Part shown: piece after piece, positions 56,735-64,000 of the stretch
How positions within the stretch are numbered: the first letter of the stretch is position 1
Layout: the number at the start of each line of letters is the position of its first letter
Assembly: GCA_011088105.1 (NCBI GenBank)
Contig: JAALKI010000001.1
Coordinates: 30,353 to 94,352, forward strand
Length of the DNA: 64,000 bases
Origin: Nitrospirota bacterium
Lineage (GTDB): Bacteria; Nitrospirota; Nitrospiria; Nitrospirales; UBA8639
Reading direction: 5' to 3'
Made by a program: the position numbers and the translations under genes
The notes under the pieces: model-generated
Told to the model about the DNA's origin: nothing
Databases searched by the model: none
What the model saw: the letters and a program-made list of their open reading frames with translations, nothing else

Positions 56735-59164
56735 TTACATGCTGTGGGGTGATAATCTTGATGTCGTATGCTGAGAAGTCTTGATCCCTAATTTTTGCAT
56801 CCGCGAACGTAATGTATTGGGATTGAGCCCTAAACGGACGGCTGCACCTCTCGGCCCGGCGATAATATTATTGGTCTCTTCCAAAATCTGAAGTATATGA
56901 ATTCGTTCCATTTCCTGGATTGTATATGAAACAACTGTAGGCCCTTGAGCCATACGACGTAGATCCGGGATATCTCTGATTTTGAGGATTGGGCTCCTTG
57001 CCAAAATTGCTGCCCGTTCAATGATATTCATGAGTTCTCGGACATTCCCTGGCCAGGAATAGGCCATCAAACGTGCCATCGATTCTGGAGAGATTCCTTT
57101 TATGGGTTTACCCAATTTCTTGGAAAACATATCGCAAAAATATTTGACCAACAAAGGAATATCACCTATCCGATTGCGGAGAGGGGGAAGGGTAACGGGA
57201 AAGATGTTCAGACGATAAAACAAGTCGGATCGGAAGGTCCCTGCTTGAACCATCTCAGCGAGGTTCTGGTTCGTAGCAGTAATAACTCGAACATCAACAT
57301 GCATGGTTTGGCAGCTCCCCACGCGTTCGAACGCCTGCTCTTGGAGAACTCGCAGGAGTTTCGCTTGGATCTCCAACGATAGCTCGCCGACTTCATCGAG
57401 AAATAAGGTTCCTCCAGTGGCAGCTTCGAACCGCCCCACCCTATCTTTTACAGCCCCTGTGAACGCACCTTTGACATGCCCAAAGAATTCGCTTTCATAC
57501 AGTTCTTTAGGAATCGATGCACAACTGACACAGATCATCGGTCGGTCTTTACGTCGACTTTGCTTGTGAATCTCTCTCGCGATAAGCTCTTTCCCTGTCC
57601 CCGATTCACCAAAAATGAGCACACTCGCATCAGTCTGGGCAACTTGGCTAATTTGTTCCTCGATGGCACGTAAGGTCACGTTTTGTCCAATTAAGTCACC
57701 AAAAGACTGAGAGTCCAATACCTTTTCTTTCAAATAACGATTCTCCGCCTGCAAGCGATTCTTCATTACGAGGAGTTCTTCCGCTTGCTTTCTTGCACTA
57801 ATATCAAAAACAAATCCTTCGTAAAACAATAACGTTCCATGAACATCGTGGACGGCTCGCGCATTTTCGGAAGTCCAAATCACGCTGCCATCTTTTCGAT
57901 ACACCTGTGACTCAAAGTTGGTGACAATTCCCTGCTCTTCCAGACAGCGAATGAAATCTCTTCGGCGTTGTGGATCGACGTATAATTGTGTTCCTGCGTT
58001 CGTCACTACCTGCATCAATTCCATTGGAGACAGATACCCATAAAGCTGAGCCAGCGCAGGATTAGCATTCATAAAGCGCCCTGTTGGCGTCGTTTGAAAA
58101 ATTCCCTCAACAGCTTGCTCAAATATCTCACGATATTTTCTCTCGGACTGTTGAAGTGCATGCTCTGCTTGCTTGCGCTCAAAATAGGCCCGTAACATTT
58201 CCCCAACTGAATTAATGAGATGTCTTTCCTCAATGCAAAAAGGTCCTTCTTCGACATTTGGTTTTTCTACCAAGTAACAGACCTCTAATACTCCGCGTTT
58301 TTCATTACTGGTGGAGAACGTTGCGGATAGGACCCATGGCGTCAAGGAAAAATTCGAGGTCGCCACCTCTATCTCATCAAACGCAAATCTAGCTGCAGCA
58401 ACCTCAGAATGTTGCCACGCCAGAGGAAGAAGGGAAATGATTTTACGCACGACTTCTGTTGTCATGGCTTGTGGATTTTGTAGAATTCGTGCGGTCTCGT
58501 GAAGAGCCATGAGTTCCTTCACGCGTTTATCAAGGTGGAGCATCAAGCGACGATTCTCTTCCTCTGCTTGCTTCCGCTCGCTAATATCCACAAATGTCAC
58601 GACGGCTCCCGTGATAGCATTTTCACCAGTACATATTGGGAAAGAGCGGTATTCGGCACAAAAACTCGATCCATCGGCACGCCAGAGTACTTCTTCTTCC
58701 ATCCGAACTCCCATACCTTGACGGAAGGCCTTGAAAATTTGGCATTCTTCCTCAGGGTAAGAAGTCCCATCCGACCGCGTATGGTGAATCAGCGCATGCA
58801 TGTTTTTCCCAATTACTTCATTACTGTTCTGATAGCCCAAAAGCCGAACACAGGCTGGATTGCAAAAGGTACAACATCCATTCAGCCCAATACCGTAAAT
58901 CCCTTCCCCGGCACAGTTGAGCAAAAGCTCAATTTGTTCTTGACCTTGGCGCAGGACATGCTCCACCTGCTTGTGTTCAATTTCTATGCTCTCGAGTTCT
59001 CGCACCCGGGCACGAAGGGTTTGAATCTCTTGACTAGCGGTTGTGGGTTGTATGCGAGAAGAGTTCATGCGGACACCCATTCTGTTTGTAGGACAATGAT
59101 GAAGGATCCTCATGCGAGAGAGGACGCGCGTATAGAGATGTGCGCTGTTCGTAAGCCGAGGCAA
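56735..59164 (-). CDS. sigma-54-dependent transcriptional activator with PAS-type sensor domains
   Basis: The AAA+ core has GESGTGKELIAREIH, ESEFFGHVKGAFTGA and GTLFLDEVGEL. The C-terminal Fis-type HTH reads AAVRLGLNPNTLRSRMQKLGI. The N-terminal half has two PAS-like segments. The start is probably an internal Met (M18, M29 or M33). Confidence 0.9.
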   Translation of the reverse strand: MPRLTNSAHLYTRVLSRMRILHHCPTNRMGVRMNSSRIQPTTASQEIQTLRARVRELESIEIEHKQVEHVLRQGQEQIELLLNCAGEGIYGIGLNGCCTFCNPACVRLLGYQNSNEVIGKNMHALIHHTRSDGTSYPEEECQIFKAFRQGMGVRMEEEVLWRADGSSFCAEYRSFPICTGENAITGAVVTFVDISERKQAEEENRRLMLHLDKRVKELMALHETARILQNPQAMTTEVVRKIISLLPLAWQHSEVAAARFAFDEIEVATSNFSLTPWVLSATFSTSNEKRGVLEVCYLVEKPNVEEGPFCIEERHLINSVGEMLRAYFERKQAEHALQQSERKYREIFEQAVEGIFQTTPTGRFMNANPALAQLYGYLSPMELMQVVTNAGTQLYVDPQRRRDFIRCLEEQGIVTNFESQVYRKDGSVIWTSENARAVHDVHGTLLFYEGFVFDISARKQAEELLVMKNRLQAENRYLKEKVLDSQSFGDLIGQNVTLRAIEEQISQVAQTDASVLIFGESGTGKELIAREIHKQSRRKDRPMICVSCASIPKELYESEFFGHVKGAFTGAVKDRVGRFEAATGGTLFLDEVGELSLEIQAKLLRVLQEQAFERVGSCQTMHVDVRVITATNQNLAEMVQAGTFRSDLFYRLNIFPVTLPPLRNRIGDIPLLVKYFCDMFSKKLGKPIKGISPESMARLMAYSWPGNVRELMNIIERAAILARSPILKIRDIPDLRRMAQGPTVVSYTIQEMERIHILQILEETNNIIAGPRGAAVRLGLNPNTLRSRMQKLGIKTSQHTTSRLSPHSM

Positions 59165-59396
59165 AAAAGACGTTAGGGCGAGATTTATGCTGTCTTATGC
59201 ACATGCAATCCAAGAGGTCTGTGCGACCAAAACGGCCTTGATGCATGAAAAAATGAACAGACCATGTGCATTATGATATAAACGCACCTTCGTTCGTCAA
59301 CATGTGTGGCAAGATTACGCCATTACGTTTTGCAAAGACACAAGGCTCATCAGTGATGAGTCTCTCATTACCCAGCGTCATCTAACCGCTAGTTAT

Positions 59397-61646
59397 CTAT
59401 GGGCTTACACCCATGTTCTTATCAATGCGGCGCACTTGCAGATACGCCTCATATCGCTGTTTGATTTCTCGGACGTACTTGACCGGCTCAGCTCCCCGGC
59501 AATAGCCATGGCGAGCTTGACGAGCATAGGTGCGACGGGAAAGTAATTGAATCGCTTGTTCGACGTGGCCAAACCAACGATTTGGATTCAAATCAAGCTT
59601 CCGGGCCAAACGCCGGGCATCCATCACATGCCCATAGCCTGCATTATACGCAGCTAATGTGAACCACATCCGATCTTCTACTGGTAACTCTGGTTCAAAT
59701 CGATCACGGACCCAATCAAGATATTTCACCCCAACCTGAATACCTTCTTCCGGCGAACGAATATCGGAAAAGCCTAAACTTTTTGCCGTTCGAGGCAGTA
59801 CCTGTAATAAGCCAATCGCACCGGCCCACGACCGGGCGTCTGGATCAAATCGGCTTTCCTGATACATTTGTGCCATGATTAGTCGCCAATCAAACCCATA
59901 ATCTCCCGCGTATTGCTGAACGACACCATCATACGCAGAAAGCGTGCCCGTATGGCTTACGCGAGACTCGACATGTGTCCGGATCGTCCGTGTGTTCTTG
60001 AAATACTTTTTCAGGGTGATGTTGTAAAACAACCCACGGTATTCTTTCTTGACATACTGGTTTATTGCTTTCCGTAACGCAGGGTTGGTGGCACGCACAG
60101 CCCAGCCATGCGGTTCAGGGTCGGTCACGGGAAATACAGCGCGAATATCCTCACGCCACGTCAATTCAATATCGAGAAGGTGACTATCCGCGACGGTCAG
60201 GTCGTACATACCTGTGGCAACCTTGTCAATAATCTCTTCTGTTTCAAACTCCTCCGGCGCGGCCTCTAATATCAGTGAAATGCCCTGTTCTTTTAGTGAC
60301 GCCAAAGTCTGCCAATATGAGCTGCTCCTGCGAACCACAATCGTTCGGCCTGCAAGATCTTCAGGATGCGCAAGGCGGTCTTCAGGTTCATCAGCGCGAC
60401 CAACAACAATTTCAGATGCTTTGAAATATGGGTGAGAAAACACAATCCCCTGGGCTTCACGCTCAGAAGAAATGGTCATCGAAGCCGCAATGACATCACC
60501 TTTACCTGCAAGTAACCATGGAATAAGATCTTCTCGACTGGGCGGCACCACCATTTCTACCCGTAGCTTATGACGTTTGGCAAAATGCCGGGCAAGTTCA
60601 TACTCAAAACCTAGGAGTTCGCCACGCCACAGAAAGTAGGTTGCGGGATTATTACGAGTCAACACTCGCAACACACCATGTTGTTGAATGCCTGCAAGAT
60701 CATCATTCGATAAAGTTGGACGAGAATGTGCGAGTTTGGCATCAGTGAGAAACGCATTCAAGGCAGCAAGGAAAGCGCTTGCATCAGGACGAACTCCCCA
60801 AGCCACGGGGCGATCCCTGGTCACATTCAGGGCTATCCGTACGTCAGACCGGTACGTCAGGACTGCAGGCATGAGATTGCTATCAGCAATGGTGATATCA
60901 AAATCACCTTGCGCCACGCGATCCAGAATTTGTTCCGTATCCAGATTCTCCGGCGCTTCTTGAACCTGAATATCTGGATATTTTTCTCGGAGCGCGACGG
61001 CGGTTTCCCAAAATGCAGAAGAGGGGCGAACGACAATTGTTCGCCCCTTCAAATCATCAACGGTGTGAATCGTATCATCATCTTGTCGGACAACCAATTG
61101 CTCCTGGACAATCTCAACAGGCACAGAAAAGGCGATCTGTTCTTTCCGTATCGAGGTCACCGTGAAGTTCCCGGCAATCACATCCCCTTGACCTTTTAAT
61201 AAAGCAGGAATCAAGTCTTCGTGACGCTCCACAGGCACACGAACCAACGTGAGTCTTAATGATTCGGCTAAGCGCTCCAGTAATGTTTCCTCAAAATCCT
61301 GTGGAAATCCTTGGCGAGGAAGATATTCTATTTGAGCAGAAGGCGGATTCAACACACGAAGGTAGCCATGTTGCCTGAGATCAGCAAGATCGCCGGTTTC
61401 CAAATAGGTTGAGGTTGAAGCCACAACCGTCGATGCTTCCGGAAGTTCTGGCTCCCCCTCTTTTGCGTCACAGCTAGCAAATAGCAAACCAGCCATCAAG
61501 ACCAGAAACATATGCAGACAGGCACTGAACCAGGTAGAGGAGAAGCATGGTCGTATCTGATAAGAACAAGGCATGCGCATGAGTGTACAGCGAAGACCAG
61601 TAGAAAGGGAACGATTCCCCTCTAAGAGTCTGGTAAAAATAGGCAA
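59397..61646 (-). CDS. MltF-like lytic transglycosylase with two tandem solute-binding (SBP type 3) domains
   Basis: Lipobox LLFASC. It has two periplasmic-binding-protein-like modules (LRVLNPPS... and LRVLTRNNPATYF...). The C-terminal SLT domain reads MAQMYQESRFDPDARSWAGAIGLLQVLPRTA. Confidence 0.85.
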   Translation of the reverse strand: MPIFTRLLEGNRSLSTGLRCTLMRMPCSYQIRPCFSSTWFSACLHMFLVLMAGLLFASCDAKEGEPELPEASTVVASTSTYLETGDLADLRQHGYLRVLNPPSAQIEYLPRQGFPQDFEETLLERLAESLRLTLVRVPVERHEDLIPALLKGQGDVIAGNFTVTSIRKEQIAFSVPVEIVQEQLVVRQDDDTIHTVDDLKGRTIVVRPSSAFWETAVALREKYPDIQVQEAPENLDTEQILDRVAQGDFDITIADSNLMPAVLTYRSDVRIALNVTRDRPVAWGVRPDASAFLAALNAFLTDAKLAHSRPTLSNDDLAGIQQHGVLRVLTRNNPATYFLWRGELLGFEYELARHFAKRHKLRVEMVVPPSREDLIPWLLAGKGDVIAASMTISSEREAQGIVFSHPYFKASEIVVGRADEPEDRLAHPEDLAGRTIVVRRSSSYWQTLASLKEQGISLILEAAPEEFETEEIIDKVATGMYDLTVADSHLLDIELTWREDIRAVFPVTDPEPHGWAVRATNPALRKAINQYVKKEYRGLFYNITLKKYFKNTRTIRTHVESRVSHTGTLSAYDGVVQQYAGDYGFDWRLIMAQMYQESRFDPDARSWAGAIGLLQVLPRTAKSLGFSDIRSPEEGIQVGVKYLDWVRDRFEPELPVEDRMWFTLAAYNAGYGHVMDARRLARKLDLNPNRWFGHVEQAIQLLSRRTYARQARHGYCRGAEPVKYVREIKQRYEAYLQVRRIDKNMGVSP

Positions 61647-61720
61647 TCAAGAAACAATCATTGCAGCACAAACGTCTCTGCCAGCGCTTACTCTATTCGA
61701 CTGCCGTTTCTTCATAAAGT

Positions 61721-62071
61721 ATGCTAGAATCTTTTTTGACAGTGAGTCTCCCCATGAACCAAGAGATAGAACTTCGTGTCAGCTATCGCTATACCCAAGA
61801 GCACCCTTGGGTGATTCAGGGCATCACGGGCTTTCTGTCAGCCTATTTTATGGCCAAGCCCGATTTTCGGCTACAACGGCATAAGGAAGATTTAGCAACG
61901 GGCATGCACGTATGGGTTTGCGAAACGCCACCCAACATGAATGTGTTGTTCCTCTTGAGACGACTGCAAACCGACATCCCGCCCTGCCACGTCTCACAGG
62001 TTCCAACTGACCCCGAACTGCCACCACAATATTTGATTGACTGCTTACCACCAGAATCTTCCACAGCTTAG
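61721..62071 (+). CDS. hypothetical protein
   Basis: 116-aa ORF with no motif recognised. Its coding status is uncertain. Confidence 0.25.
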   Translation: MLESFLTVSLPMNQEIELRVSYRYTQEHPWVIQGITGFLSAYFMAKPDFRLQRHKEDLATGMHVWVCETPPNMNVLFLLRRLQTDIPPCHVSQVPTDPELPPQYLIDCLPPESSTA

Positions 62072-62292
62072 ACCACAACACAGCATAGTCGCACCCTGTT
62101 CTCCATCAAGATTATGATATAATGGCAAAAGTTCCCCAATGCGCATCTTCAGCACTTCTTGACGAACGAACCCTCGTATAACGAATGACTTTTTTCGTAC
62201 GATGAATCTGAAACCGGAAATAGGACAATGCCCCTTGCCTTTTTCATTGTCACCTTCGCTACACGCATTACCCCAGAGGTACTTTAAGCCAC

Positions 62293-63462
62293 ATGCCTGA
62301 CAAATTTCAGCATGCCCTCGAACAGCTTGAGCTGCAGTCTTTGCATCGTCAACTTCGAGTCGTTGACTCCACCTCAACGGACAGGACTTTCATCCAAGGC
62401 CAATCGGTTCTCCTCATGGCATCAAATAATTATTTGGGCCTGGCTACCCACCCAACAGTCAAGAACGCCGCGATTGCCGCGATTGCTGAATGGGGGGTTG
62501 GATCTGGAGCGTCTCGTCTCATTTCAGGGTCCACCGCCCCTCACCATTCCTTAGAAGATTGCCTGGCAAGCTTCAAGTGTACCGAAGCAGCCTTAACCTT
62601 TGGATCCGGGTATATGGCAAATATTGGGCTGCTTCCATCTCTCATGAAGGGAAATGGACTCATTCTGGCTGATCGGCTCTGCCATGCAAGTTTGATTGAT
62701 GGCTGTCGATTGGCCAAGACCGACTTTCGCGTATTTCGCCACAATGACTTGGCACACCTGCAACAATTACTGGCGACACGCAAACGAGCACAACCGATCC
62801 TTATTGTGACGGAAGGTGTGTTCAGTATGGACGGCGATCTTGCGCCGCTCGATGAGATCCACCAACTCACACAAGACTATGAAGCTGACTTGTTGATCGA
62901 CGATGCCCATGGCACAGGAGTCATGGGTCCGAATGGGCGAGGCACACTCGAACACTTTGGGCTTGCCCCAGAGTCGGCCTATCAGATGGGTACGTTGAGC
63001 AAAGCCATTGGCACGAGTGGAGGATATATTGTGGGAAGCCAATCGTTGAAAGAATTTCTCATCAATACTGCTCGATCACTTATGTATACAACCGCCCCGC
63101 CACCAGCCATCGCGGCCGCAGCAACCGCCGCGTTAACCATTATTCAGCAGGAACCTGAACGACGGACTCGATTATGGCAAAACCGCGAACGGCTATTTAC
63201 CGGATTAACCTCTATGGGCTACACATTCACGGACACACAGAGTCCGATTTTACCCGTCTTGATGAAGAACGCACAGCAGGCGATGGAGATGAGCGACTCG
63301 CTCTTTAAATTGGGTGTTTACGTCCCGGCCATTCGCCCCCCGACTGTTCCCAAAGAAAGCTGTCGACTTCGATTAACGGTGACGTCGGAAACGACCTTAT
63401 CTCAAACTGAGAACGTTCTCACGGCCTTTCGTACAGCTGGAAAAGCGTTACACCTGATATAG
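62293..63462 (+). CDS. bioF: 8-amino-7-oxononanoate synthase (alpha-oxoamine synthase family)
   Basis: Contains SNNYLGLATHP, GSGASRLISGS, DDAHGTG and the PLP-lysine context GTLSKAIGTSGGY. Confidence 0.85.
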   Translation: MPDKFQHALEQLELQSLHRQLRVVDSTSTDRTFIQGQSVLLMASNNYLGLATHPTVKNAAIAAIAEWGVGSGASRLISGSTAPHHSLEDCLASFKCTEAALTFGSGYMANIGLLPSLMKGNGLILADRLCHASLIDGCRLAKTDFRVFRHNDLAHLQQLLATRKRAQPILIVTEGVFSMDGDLAPLDEIHQLTQDYEADLLIDDAHGTGVMGPNGRGTLEHFGLAPESAYQMGTLSKAIGTSGGYIVGSQSLKEFLINTARSLMYTTAPPPAIAAAATAALTIIQQEPERRTRLWQNRERLFTGLTSMGYTFTDTQSPILPVLMKNAQQAMEMSDSLFKLGVYVPAIRPPTVPKESCRLRLTVTSETTLSQTENVLTAFRTAGKALHLI

Positions 63463-63471
63463 AAGGCAGGA

Positions 63472-63990
63472 CTATACTGGATCCATAACCTGTTCCAGAT
63501 AATCAGCAATCTTATCTAGAGCTTTCGCACTGAGCTTTTGTCCATACCATCGAGGCATCACTCGATCTGGATACCCAGGGACAACATAGGCTCCAGGATT
63601 CAGGACCGATTCAAGAATGTATTCACGTTCAGTTGTTGCCTGGCCTTGATAATTCGCATCGGCTAACCGTTCATGAGCAGTAGAACCAAGAACTAAGATG
63701 GGGCCTTGACGTCCTTGAGCCCCTGGAATCCCAGGAATAGTGTGGCACACCGGACATCCTGCTTGAACAAACAGTTTCTCGACTGGTTCATCCCCCGTCG
63801 CCAATGGAACATGTTCTAGAGAAATGGCCTTCTTTTCTAAAGGGCGGCTCATGGTAGACTGTTGCACTTCAGGAGCATTCATCTGGCTCAACACACTGCC
63901 TAATACGGTGGCAAGCCCCCCACAGCCAACAATGAGAACGATCACCATCGTATCACGATCAAGCATCGTTCTTTCCCATTTCCTTCTCAA
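63472..63990 (-). CDS. membrane-anchored monohaem c-type cytochrome
   Basis: It has an N-terminal TM helix, the haem-binding motif CPVCH, and a distal Met context RVMPRWY. The start may be the ATG at 63966. Confidence 0.7.
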   Translation of the reverse strand: MRRKWERTMLDRDTMVIVLIVGCGGLATVLGSVLSQMNAPEVQQSTMSRPLEKKAISLEHVPLATGDEPVEKLFVQAGCPVCHTIPGIPGAQGRQGPILVLGSTAHERLADANYQGQATTEREYILESVLNPGAYVVPGYPDRVMPRWYGQKLSAKALDKIADYLEQVMDPV

Positions 63991-64000
63991 TGCAATGCGC

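Noticed and set aside
1-64000. Search for CRISPR arrays, IS elements/transposases, integrases, rRNA and tRNA genes
   Set aside because: I saw no regularly spaced direct repeats, no transposase or integrase motifs among the ORFs, and no tRNA cloverleaf or rRNA-like conserved stretches by eye. A tRNAscan/Infernal run would be needed for certainty.

Overview
This is a 64-kb chromosomal window from a diderm bacterium, judged from a BamD-like lipoprotein, an MltF-like transglycosylase and many lipoboxes. GC is moderate by eye. The gene content (cyanase plus FNT channel, DAB-type CO2 hydration genes, several sigma-54 promoters, IspH) resembles a chemolithoautotroph such as Nitrospirota or Nitrospinota, but I cannot establish lineage from the sequence alone. 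I call about 55 CDS.

Housekeeping genes:
- galE, a TlpA-like redoxin and ccdA, bamD-like, fabH, ispH, smc.
- clpB, potABCD, def, an MsbA-like exporter, bioF, a cytochrome c.

The dominant feature (15.7-36.8 kb) is an inorganic-carbon/ion-transport supercluster:
- An orphan DabA (DUF2309) lies divergent from a DUF2294 gene.
- A convergent operon reads dabB, a degenerate antiporter-like subunit, a second dabA, then a PII-like gene.
- A SulP/STAS (BicA-like) transporter has a sigma-54 promoter and tandem inverted-repeat UAS-like sites. A CBS-pair protein follows.
- A 9-gene Mrp-like cluster in Mbh-like gene order carries three antiporter-like subunits. It is preceded by a structured terminator-containing leader.

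Other notable items:
- A near-consensus Fur box overlaps a promoter for a short terminated transcript, a candidate iron-responsive sRNA.
- A sigma-54 promoter sits in front of cynS-FNT, directly downstream of a PAS-containing enhancer-binding protein.
- GlnE is split into two divergent half-genes, one of them fused to ACT domains.
- A HemD-like domain is fused to an APH-like kinase.
- Several genes carry apparent indels: clpX, crcB, and a decayed GH24 lysozyme.

I saw no rRNA, tRNA, CRISPR array, transposase or integrase. All calls come from by-eye translation and motif recognition; no database search was run.
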